A stretch of DNA of 64,000 nucleotides. Source: Eledone cirrhosa (lineage: Eukaryota). A program made the position numbers and the translations under genes. How positions within the stretch are numbered: the stretch's first letter is position 1; every line of letters starts with the position of its first letter. Below the pieces are notes generated by a model, which saw nothing but the letters and a program-made list of their open reading frames with translations, was not told the DNA's origin and made no database searches. Of this stretch, positions 28,215 to 40,293 are shown piece by piece. The stretch lies in the NCBI GenBank assembly GCA_964016885.1, contig OZ024741.1, forward strand, positions 16,988,001 through 17,052,000, read 5' to 3'.

Positions 28215-28749
28215 TATATATATACAAACATAGAGCAGGGCAATATCTGGTTTCTGTGCAGAACTAATCGATGATGGTCATTGTTGGACTGACAACACAC
28301 ATATGTTCATATTATGGTGTGTATTCACATATATCACTAATAAGTCATTGCTTAGCTCTCCAGTAATATCTTGCACACCACGTGTATATCTCTGTGATGT
28401 ATTCTTCAGGAGTATATCACAGAGTTAGCTAATGAAGGTGTTTGAAGGACAGCACACCACGTGTATATCCATGTCACCTTTGTGACCATAGGAACATATA
28501 TCACTCATGAGCTCTTGTTTAGCTCACCAGCGATGCCATACAAAACATATATCCACACATACACACACATATATATATAGGAACAAGTATGACTCCGACG
28601 GCAGAGCTCAAGCCGTTTCGACGGCTAATTCTGGACTCAGTCCAGAATTAGCCGAAACGGCTTGAGCTCTGCCGTCGGGGTCATACTTGTTCCTATTATC
28701 TACTCTACTACCCTTATGGTCCATCTGGTTCCTTACCACATTTCCTTCG

Positions 28750-28793
<44 letters not shown>

Positions 28794-28794
28794 A

Positions 28795-29527
28795 TAATAA
28801 TGGTTTCTTATATAGGCAGAAGGCCAGCAATTTTGGGGGAGGGGAAAGTCGATTAAATCGACCCCAGTGTGTGACTGGTACTTTATTTTATCGACCCCGT
28901 AAGGATGAAAGGCAAAGTTAACCTCGGCGGGATTTGAACTCAGAAAGGCAAGGGCCGTAACTCTATGCGTCAAAGCATGGCGTCTGACCCTCTACCGATA
29001 CTGCCAACCCACCGCCATAATAATGTAATAATAATAATTGTTTCTACTTTTGGCACAAGGCCAGCAATTATCCCAGTGTATTACTGGTACTTTATTTTAT
29101 CGACCCCGTAAGGATGAAAAGCAAAGTTAACCTCGGCGGGATTTGAACTCAGAATGGCAAGGGCCGTAACTCTTTGCTGCAAAGCATGGCGTCTGACCCT
29201 CTACCGATACTGCCAATCCACCATAATAATAATGGTTTCTTATATAGGCAGAAGGCCAGTAATTTGGGGGGAGGGGAAAGTCGATTAAATCGACCCCAGT
29301 GTGTGACTGGTACTTTATTTTATCGACCCCATAAGGATGAAAGGCAAAGTTAACCTCGGCGGGATTTGAACTCAGACAATAAAGGGCCGTAACTCTTTGC
29401 TGCAAAGCATGGCGTCCGACCCTCTACCGATACTGCCAATCCACCATAATAATAATTGTTTCTACTTTAGGCACAAGGCCAGCAATTACCCAGTGCATTA
29501 CTGGTACTTTATTTTATCGACCCCGTA
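28795..29527 (-). mobile_element. Head-to-tail cluster of ~4 SINE family A copies
   Basis: Repeated ggatttgaactcag / cctctaccgatactgccaa units joined by (ATA)n. Confidence 0.88.
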
Positions 29528-29670
29528 ATAATAATAATAATAGGATATAAGTATCGTAGGAGAGGAGGAAGCAGAGAGATACAGAGAGGTGTGATAATGC
29601 AGGGAGACGTGAAACTGAGGAAATGATTCTCAACGGTATTTATACTTATTTAGGACATTTTATAATCAAT

Positions 29671-29715
29671 TATTTCTCTGACGAGCCCGTGTGGGCGAAA
29701 CATGTGTAAGAACTA
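29671..29715 (+). ncRNA. Minimal type-I hammerhead ribozyme
   Basis: Stem I UAUUUCU/AGAACUA (6 of 7 paired); CUGACGA; stem II GCCC-GUGU-GGGC; GAAA; stem III ACA-UG-UGU containing palindrome ACAUGU; GUA^ after 29708. Confidence 0.85.
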
Positions 29716-29873
29716 TGTAAATAATTTGTTTTAACGGCTTGTAACTCCTTCATTCATTCATTTGCTTATTTCTAATACTAACACTTTGTACTGCACTCTT
29801 CGTTATTGTTTTCTGTTTTAACTTATATATATATATAGCGTGGAAGATAGACGTTAAACGATGATGATGATGA

Positions 29874-29957
<84 letters not shown>

Positions 29958-30097
29958 TTATTTCTTCTTTAATTTCTCATCCTATTTTCTGATAAAGAAC
30001 TAGCGTCCAAAACGTTAAGGCTCTTTTCCTACTATATCAATACTAATACTTTTCTTCATTGTACTGTGACGTTTGCTTTATTATTTCCTTTTGCTTT

Positions 30098-30161
<64 letters not shown>

Positions 30162-30955
30162 CTACAGGAGTATATCACTAATAAGTTGTTGATTAGATCT
30201 CAATCAATGTCCTTCGTCAGCCATTTATCTATTATATATTACACACGTAAACTGTTGATTTGTCTTAGTTAATTACACAATAATCTTGTCTTTATCAGAA
30301 AAAGGTGGGGGTGGATAGGGAAGTGTTGTGTATGTTTGTCTTGGTGACAAATTTATGAGTAGTAGGTCAAAATAGAAAGATATTTAAATATGACACCGAA
30401 GAAATTCTGACTGCAGGCTATTACGGTAATTCCTGTGAAGTATATGTGTAGTGAGGCAAGTGGAAATGTCAGGAGCCCCCACACGACATAATGGGTCCTT
30501 ATCAGTGTGTGGGTAGACAACCTAAATGTTTTTAAATATCGGTTTCTGATTTAGACACGATAAAAACAATCATTTATTTGAAAGTGTTTATATTTATCTT
30601 CCATCATAATTTTAAGTAAGAACATCTTTAAAGTTGATTCAAACAAACGCCATTAATAATTGTTTCTGATTTAGGCAGAAGGTCAAACATTTTGGGGAAG
30701 GAGAAAGTCGATTAAATCGACCCCAGTGCATTACTGCTACTTTATTTTATGCACCCCGCGAGGATGAAAAGCAAAGCTAACCAAAGGCAGAATTTGAACA
30801 TAGATCGTAAAGGGCCGTAACTCTATGACATAAAGCATGTTATCCGACGCTCTACCGATACTGTTAATCCACCGCCATGATGTAATATTGTCTTATGTTA
30901 ATTATTCTCTGCTTTATAATTGTTATATCTTGTGTCAGTAATTATGTTTAATATT

Positions 30956-32531
30956 ACCATGGTAACTACCCCTAGCCTCGATACCATAGTAACTACGCCT
31001 AGCCTCGATACCATAGTAACTACCACTAGCCTCGAAACCATAGTAACTAACCCTAGCCTCGATACCATAGTAACTACTCCTAGCCTCGAAACCATAGTAA
31101 CTAACGCTAGCCTCGATACCATAGTAACTACCCTTAGCCTCGATACCATAGTAACTACCCCTAGCCTCGATACCATAGTAACTACCCTTAGCCTCGATAC
31201 CATAGTAACTACTCCTAGCCTCGATACCATAGTAACTACTCCTAGCCTCGATACCATAGTAACTACTCCTAGCCTCGAAACCATAGTAACTAACGCTAGC
31301 CTCGATACCATAGTAACTACCCTTAGCCTCGATACCATAGTAACTACTCCTAGCCTCGATACCATAGTAACTACCCTTAGCCTCGATACCATAGTAACTA
31401 CCCTTAGCCTCGATACCATAGTAACTACTCCTAGCCTCGATACCATAGTAACTACCCCTAGCCTCGATACCATAGTAACTACCCCTAGCCTCGATACTAT
31501 GGTAACTACTCCTAGCCTCGATACTATAGTAACTACTCCTAGCCTCGATACCATAGTAACTACCCTTAGCCTCGATACCATAGTAACTACCCTTAGCCTC
31601 GATACCATAGTAACTACTCCTAGCCTCGATACCATAGTAACTACCCCTAGCGTCGATACCATAGTAACTACCCCTAGCCTCGATACCATAGTAACTACCC
31701 CTAGCCTCGATACCATGGTAACTACCCCTAGCCTCGATACCATGGTAACTACCCCTAGCCTCGATACCATAGTAACTACCCCTAGCCTCGATACCATAGT
31801 AACTACCCCTAGCCTCGATACCATAGTAACTACTCCTAGCCTCGATACTATAGTAACTACTCCTAGCCTCGATACCATAGTAACTACCCCTAGCCTCGAT
31901 ACCATAGTAACTACCCCTAGCCTCGATACCATAGTAACTACCCCTAGCCTCGATACCATAGTAACTACCCCTAGCCTCGATACCATAGTAACTACTCCTA
32001 GCCTCGATACTATAGTAACTACTCCTAGCCTCGATACCATAGTAACTACCCCTAGCCTCGATACCATAGTAACTACCCCTAGCCTCGATACCATAGTAAC
32101 TACCCCTAGCCTCGATACCATAGTAACTACTCCTAGCCTCGATACCATAGTAACTACCCCTAGCCTCGATACTATGGTAACTACCCCTAGCCTCGATACC
32201 ATAGTAACTACTCCTAGCCTCGATACCATAGTAACTACCCCTAGCCTCGATACTATGGTAACTACCCCTAGCCTCGATACCATAGTAACTACCCCTAGCC
32301 TCGATACTATGGTAACTACCCCTAGCCTCGATACCATAGTAACTACCCCTAGCCTCGATACTATGGTAACTACCCCTAGCCTCGATACCATAGTAACTAC
32401 CCCTAGCCTCGATACCATAGTAACTACCCCTAGCCTCGATACCATAGTAACTACTCCTAGCCTCGATACCATAGTAACTACCCCTAGCCTCGATACTATG
32501 GTAACTACCCCTAGCCTCGATACCATAGTAC
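30956..32531. repeat. 27-bp minisatellite, ~58 copies
   Basis: Unit accatagtaactacccctagcctcgat. Confidence 0.97.
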
Positions 32532-33059
32532 CTTCATCTCTGGTTTTTCATTTCATTTTACATTTCTTTTTTTATCTCCCTCCTCTCACTTATCCCCTTT
32601 CTTCCTCCCACCACCCTTGTCTGGAGATTTGTCCATCTACAGTGTAGAGGCTTCCATAAACGACCATTTTACTATCCCACAATGCCTCAAGTAAACCTCA
32701 ATACTCTCTTATATAACTTTGTCCATTCCCAACATATTTCTGTAACATTTTTGTTTCTACTTTTGGCTCAAGGCCAGCAATTACCCAGTGGTACTTTATT
32801 TTATCGACCCCGTAAGGATGAAAGGCAAAGTTAACCTCGGCGGGATTTGAACTCAGAATGGCAAGGGCCATAACTCTATGCGTCAAAGCATGGCGTCCGA
32901 CCCTCTACCGGTACTGCCAATCCACCGCCCTATTGTACCATAATGTCAGTCTTTTGTTATTCTCCTCCTACGTAGAAAAACAGGAAGAGGTTGTCTTTAT
33001 ACGTTTCACAGCTGGATGTTCTTTATCTTTTTGTTTATGTTTATTTTGCCTCCCGTCGG

Positions 33060-33715
33060 CCTTCGCAAGCACTTGTCCTGTCTCCATGCATTACTGACTT
33101 GTGGAGTTATGTCGAACAGCTACTGTCGCGTGTAGAACGAATCCGGCTACCGGCCGATTCCATAGTGAAGATCGAACCCCCGCCTTCCTTAGGTCAGGAA
33201 GAGCAGGACATTTTCCTCTGTCTGGTGGCCGTTGCGAAAGAGGTTATATGGTGGACCAGATTAAAAGGACTGAAGACAGACACTTTTCTCTTCGGCCAAG
33301 TTTCAAGTTTCACCTGGAAAGGAAGGTGAGGGTAGAGAGAGAAGTGCTGCCTCCCCCCGTACATTTGCTAAAAGGTGGATGAACGTGGCGAGAATGGCCC
33401 GTGTGAATGGGCCTACTCTGACCATGCGCCTATAGGCTAGCTAACTTGAGGAGAGGGGTGCTCTCCCTGGGTGCCCTAGAAGCGCAGGGTGGTTCAGGAT
33501 TGGTGGGGTACCCGAGTCACCCCAGGGTCGTCCACCCCCTATCGGAGAATTCATTTTGTTATATTTATGTATAGTTTATTTTATATTTTATATCTTCATT
33601 GTTAAATTAGTCTTGCCATTGTGCACTTTTACTCGACCTTATTGTAAACCCCCACTGTCCCTGTCTTTGTATTGTCCCCTACATGTCAGCCCTTGTGGTT
33701 AACAAATGAAATCAT
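33060..33715 (+). mobile_element. 5'-truncated, decayed copy of a related Tx1/L1 family (ORF2 C-terminus + 3'UTR)
   Basis: DLWSYVEQLLSRVERIRL...KEVIWWTRLKGL aligns with DLWGYVERLLSRVAPIRL...KEVVWWTRLKGL at ~45210-45390. Similar 3'UTR (gcccttgtggttaacaaat vs gccctcgtggcaaataaat); frameshifted. Confidence 0.9.
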
Positions 33716-34487
33716 TATATATATATTTAAAAATTAAATTTAATTTTTATATTCACTTATCTCTGTATATTTTTTGTTTCTCAACTGTAAGTATTAGATA
33801 CTTCCTACAGTCTGCCATTGCTTACTAGCTCTATGCAGACGTTTACAATGAATAAAAAATACACATAGAGTCACATACTTAAAATATAGTTATATAAAAT
33901 GGACAAGCCATGGGCGACGAAACATAACAACGACTGTCTAAGTAAAACTCAACAAAAATGAAAACAGAATTCAAAGATACTAAAATATTTGTTTCTACTT
34001 TTGGCACAAGGTCAGCAATTACCCCAGTGTATTAATGGTACCTTATTTTATCGACCCCGTAAGGATGAACGGCAAAGTTAACCTCAGCGGGATTTGAACT
34101 CAGACCATAAAGGGCCGTAACTCTTTGCTACAAAGCATGGCGTCCAACCCTCTACCGATATTGCCAATCCACCACACTTATTATTAAAATGTTACAAATA
34201 AATACAACTAATATAACTACCTCAGAGTAAGTGTGTCGTAAAACATAATACACCGGGTTCGAACTTATCGCAATTACTATTTATCCCAAACACAAACCAG
34301 AACTAAACTGAAGTAGTAATTTGCATAACGGGTACTCGCTTGTCAAGGTAGTTAATTCCACAATAAAGATGTATGCAAAACACAGCATATATTAAAAAAT
34401 ACTATCACGATTATCAGGGAATTCTTGTAACAAAAATGGCGTCTGTAGAAGACACCCAAGGGCCAGGTGGTGTTATCAAACTGGGTT

Positions 34488-34520
<33 letters not shown>

Positions 34521-35200
34521 AACGACATCAACAACAATACTATCAACAACAGCAATAACAACAATACCATCAACAACGGCAACAGCAACAATACCATCAA
34601 CAATAACAACAACAGTAACAACAATACCATCAACAACAACAGCAACAACAGTAACAACATCAACAACAGTAACAACAACAGCAACGACAACAACAACAAC
34701 AATAGCAGATCACCTTCCTGACACTGTAAGACTATATTTTCAGGGAGTTGAGATTTGTTTATTTAAGCGGAGGGTTTTTATCTAACAATTGGGGAGGTGG
34801 ATAAGAGGAGAGGGAGGAGGATAGTGGAGGTGGTGGTGGTGGTGGGGGGATAATGTGTTGTTGGAGAGGAGGAGGATAATGTGTTGTTGTTGGAGTGAGA
34901 GGAGAAGGAGGAGGGGGTAATGTGTGGTGGTCGGAGATGGGGTGGTGCAGGATATGTTGTTATTGGTGGGAGATGAAGGGGGTAATAGGCGGGTTGATGG
35001 GAGGCGGAGGGGAGATAGTGTCGTGGTATTGGTGGTGGGGGAGGTGGAGGGGGTAATGTGTGGTGTTGGTGGGAGGGGGAGGGGAAGATAATGTGGTGTT
35101 GGTGGGGGAGTAAAGTAGGGAATGTTATTGTGGATGGCAACTGATGAAAATAAAGCCGTGTAGGTTGTTGCATTGGATGAAAGAATAGCTGGGTATAGTG

Positions 35201-35282
<82 letters not shown>

Positions 35283-35699
35283 GGGGGGAGGGGCATTTCA
35301 GTTAAATTCCGGTTTATGTTTTACATAAATATCTATTGCAATATAGTCGTTCTCTTTGTAGTGGGAAATATAGTCACTTGTCTACTGATGAGCAGTCAAT
35401 TAGCTGTGAAACGTGGAAAGGTAATACCTCAGGTTTGGATGTGTACAAAAAGAATAATAAAATGTATTTACACTTGTTTCTATTCCACGACGATGTTCAT
35501 TGACTGGAACTAAATCAGAACTGACGACAATCAGAAAAGACGACAACGTCAGCAACAACAACATCAATAATAACATTAGCTGGGACTCCGTCGGTTTCGA
35601 CGATGGGTGTTCCAGTTGGTAGGATCAACCGCTCATGAAATCTTGGGTAATGACTGAAAGAATAATATCGCGAATAAAAGCAGCCGAATTGGGTTCTTC

Positions 35700-36320
35700 C
35701 GAAGGGTTTTGGAGTAACATTACTTGATAGAGTGTGTAGCTCAGAGATCAGAGTCACATCAGGAGGAGCAGCTACTTCTCCGAACTGAGAGATCACAGCT
35801 CTGATACTATGGGCATGTGGTTAGAATGTCTCAGGAAAGAATCACTGGAGAGTAACTCCAGGTAAAGTCCCTACTTCTCCGAACTGTGAGATCACAGCTC
35901 TGATACTATGGGCATGTGGTTAGAATGTCTCAGGAAAGAATCACTGGAGAGTAACTCCAGGTAAAGTCCCTACTTCTCCGAACTGTGAGATCACAGCTCT
36001 GATACTATGGGCATGTGGTTAGAATGTCTCAGGAAAGAATCGCTGGATAGATTTTACGAGCAAAACCAACAGGAAGGAGACCCCGAGCAAGATGGTTGGA
36101 TAACATCCATGAGGTTGGCTGGTCTCACTTGGGATTTCAGCCAGATCAATTGGAGACGGTTGCTTCTGATAGGACCTGCTGGGAGGAGTGGTTGAGGACT
36201 CTGCCCAGGACCCTCTCAGGAATAAGTGGGAGGAGGAGGAGGAGAAGGAGAAGGAGAAGGAGAAGAAGAAGAAGAAGAAGAAGAAGAAGAAGAAGAAGAA
36301 GAAGAAGAAGAAGAAGAAGA
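35700..36320 (+). mobile_element. RTE-clade LINE 3' end with a 99-bp internal tandem repeat (~2.7 copies) and (GAA)n tail
   Basis: LLRTERSQL*YYGHVVRM...RPRARWLDNI...DRTCW; unit starts at 35772, 35871 and 35970. Confidence 0.78.
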
Positions 36321-36584
36321 TCTGCAGCTATTATCTAAAAAACAAAAACAAAATTATGAAGGAGAGGTTACATTGAGTTTGGTAAGGAGACAAAAAGATG
36401 GGATGGTCACAGTTGGAATGTCTTTGATCATAAATGTGGTGGATTAGGGCTGACTAGGGGCTAGAAACACAACTAAAGAAACAAACAACAGTAACAGCTA
36501 CAAGAACAAAAGGGAACACACACGGAGAGCGAGAGAGAGAGAGAGAGAGAGAGACAGAGTGAGAGAGAGGGTGAAAGAGTGGGT

Positions 36585-36653
<69 letters not shown>

Positions 36654-36736
36654 CCAGGTGTAACATTATATCACTATAGATGTATTACTAAACTCGATCT
36701 ATGTAAATATACACAGAACCACACACACATGTATAT

Positions 36737-36769
<33 letters not shown>

Positions 36770-37384
36770 CATATATATCTAGCAACAGAAACACATACAT
36801 TAGGGAGAGAAAGAGATGGTCCCAGTTGGAATGCTATATCACTATAAACGTATTACTACTAATTATATCTATGTAAAGATATATACACAAATAGAGAGAG
36901 GAGGAGAGGGAGCGAGAGAGGGAGGGAGAGAGAGAGAGAGGGGGAGAGAGTGTGTGTATGTAAGAGATAATATTACTATATATATATATTTATATTTATA
37001 TTAATTCAAAATATTAACAAAATTTCAGAGGTACTGAATTAAGTTCAACAGTACGTCCTCATCAGATAAAATAAAATGATACATGACATAGTAGATGGTT
37101 AAGATTCAGTACCTCTGAAATATGTATAATAAAATATACTTGATCACAAGAATGTCTATTTTGTTAATATTTTGAATTAATATTAATAACTCTGGAAAAC
37201 TAACTCTGGAAAACCAAAACTGTTGAGTGCTTCCAATCTATTGTAAAACTCATTCTTTGATTTATTCATTGAGCCTTGTTTAACTTTTAAATATATATAT
37301 ATATATGTGTATGTGTATCTGTGTGTGTAAGTAAGTGTATATTATATCAATATATATATATATACGTGTGTGTGTGTGTGTGTG

Positions 37385-37942
37385 TCTGTATGTGTAAGTA
37401 AGTGTATATTACATCACTATGTATATATATGTGTGTGTGTGTGTATGTGTGCCTGTATGTGTATGTAAGTGTATATTACATCACTATGTATATATATGTG
37501 TGTGTGTGTGTATGTGTGCCTGTATGTGTAAGTAAGTGTATATTACATCACTATGTATATATATATGTGTGTGTGTGTGTATGTGTGCCTGTATGTGTAT
37601 GTAAGTGTATATTACATCACTATGTATATATATGTGTGTGTGTGTGTATGTGTGCCTGTATGTGTATGTAAGTGTATATTACATCACTATGTATATATAT
37701 GTGTGTGTGTGTGTATGTGTGCCTGTATGTGTATGTAAGTGTATATTACATCACTATGTATATATATATATGTGTATGTGTGCCTGTATGTATATGTAAG
37801 TGTATATTACATCACTATGTATATATATATATATGTGTATGTGTGCCTGTATGTATATGTAAGTGTATATTACATCACTATGTATATATATATGTGTGTA
37901 TGTGTGTATATGTGTGCCTGTATGTGTATGTAAGTGTATATT
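37385..37942. repeat. ~60-70-bp compound tandem repeat, ~8 copies
   Basis: gtaagtgtatattacatcactatg(ta)n(tg)n..gtgcctgtatg. Confidence 0.9.
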
Positions 37943-38679
37943 TATGTAAAGAGGTATGTACACAGCCTCTCACAAATGTCTATTCTGAGGGGAATTTACC
38001 TTTTGTCTGGCTTTTGTTCCCGGTTTCTGCAGCTAAACAATCAGATACATTTATATCTAAACACAAATGTATGATGTATATATATATATACATCATGTGT
38101 GTATGTGTGTGTATATGTATGTGTGTGTGTGTGTGTGTGTGCGAGCGCGCATGTTTTTGTGCATATTTTACATACAAAGTTGTTTCCACCCTATCTTTGT
38201 TTATTTAGAGCTACACACAAACACACACACGCACACATACACTCATACACACACTTACACACTAACTAACACACAAATTAACTTACACACATTAACACAC
38301 ACAAACACACATACTAACACACATACTAACACGCACACTAAGACACAAACACACATACTAACACACAAATTAACTTACACACACTAACACACATACTAAC
38401 ATACAAACTAATACACACATTAACACACTAACACACACACGTACGACTTTCTCATTTTATTTCTTGTATAATTTAGTTTGTTTAATATGAAAGGAAAAGT
38501 AAATAACTTAAAAGATCAAGATGCCCTGAGTAATACAAGGCACTTGTCCTTGAGCAAGATATTCTATTTCCCGTTACACCAGTTCAGACAGTTGGTAACA
38601 AGCTGTATTGTCATGACACAAGCATCAGGCTCTATTCGCTTTTGTCTTTAACTTGGACAACATCGGTAACGCCGAGGGC

Positions 38680-39255
38680 ACCAGCACTATCACTTTACAG
38701 AGTGTACTGGGTGTAGTCGATCATGACACCAACACTACCACTTTACAGAGTGTACTGGGAGTATTTTATCATATCACCAGCACTATCACTTTACAGAGTG
38801 TACTGGGTGTATTTTATCATGCCACCAGCACTATCACTTTACAGAGTGTACTGGGTGTATTTTATCATGTCACCAGCACTACCACTTTATAGAGGGAGCT
38901 GGGTGCATTTTATCCTGTCACCAGCAGTACCACTTTACAGAGTGTACCGGGTGTATTTTATCATGTCACCAGCACTACCACTTTACAGAGTGTACTGGGT
39001 GCATTTTATCATGTCACCAGCACTACCACTCTACACAGTGTAGCGGGTGTATTTTATCATGTCACCAGCACTATCCCTTTACAGGGTGAGCTAGATGCAT
39101 TTTATCATGTCACCAGCACTATCACTTTACAGAGTGAGCTGGGTGTATTTTATCATGTCACCAGCACTATCACTTTACAGAGTGTAGTGGGTGCATTTTA
39201 TCATGTCACCAGCACTACCACCACCTTACAAAATGGGCTAGGTGCATTTTATGAT
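38680..39255. repeat. 48-bp minisatellite, ~12 copies
   Basis: Unit caccagcactatcactttacagagtgtactgggtgtattttatcatgt. Confidence 0.93.
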
Positions 39256-40293
39256 GACACTGGCACTTATACTTTCCAGTGTGGGTTGGGAGCGTTTTCT
39301 AATAGGGTACCTGTACTACCACATTTCAGCACTAGAAGGCTTGCATCCAAGGTTGGGCTGGGAGAACAGTGATATGGAATGGCAGTGTGTGTGTGTGTGT
39401 GTGTGTGTGGTGCAGGGTTTGGGCAGCTTGTAAACACCTCTGTCCACTTTTTACTGTTTCTAAGTGTAATTTACCCAATCTTCTCAACTATTATTTATAG
39501 TGACCCACTGTTATTACTGTTATTTTCTGCGTTTGGGACGTTCACATTTTCGAATTTCAATCAATCCCAGCAATTCGATGATTTTCTTTCTCGAGAGGAC
39601 TGTGTCGGATTTAGAGTTGGTGCTGTAAGCTATATAAAGCATGAAAACCCCTTGTCATTCCACTATATCTTAAAAAATATTTTGAGGTTTCTGAAGATTG
39701 TGCGGCCTTAAGCAGAAGCGTATTTTTATTGTACCTAAACTCGGCCCCACGCCTCTGACTACCCATCTCACTCAATATCCCACCATCACATTTACTTCAT
39801 CATATACTTACCAGCTTCCAATGCAACAACACGCTCTATCTTATCCATTTTCTCTCCTCCCTCTTTCCCTCGCCTACACACTCTGACGAAGTGCAATTGT
39901 CAGAAACGTTCATTTCTCATAGCAATTCAATTTCTATGATATTCTTTTGTAAGTATATTGACTTCAATATTGTCGGCGTAATAATACAAATATTCACTCC
40001 TACATACACACATATGTGAACAAAGGCACACACACAAACACACGCGCTTATATCTATCTATCTATCTATGTATCTATCTATCTATCTATCTTGATAGAGT
40101 AAGACACGCTTCGCATCGGCTCCGCTATTCCATCGGGATTTACCCTTACTATTGTAAGTACCGGATAAAATTTTTAGTGCAACACATTTGGAACACTAAC
40201 CCCTGTTATTTAGGGAAACATTTTTGCATTTACCCCCTTTTTAGGGGGTAAAATAAATATCTATTTTTGCCGAAAAATTTCTTTCTTGGCAGC

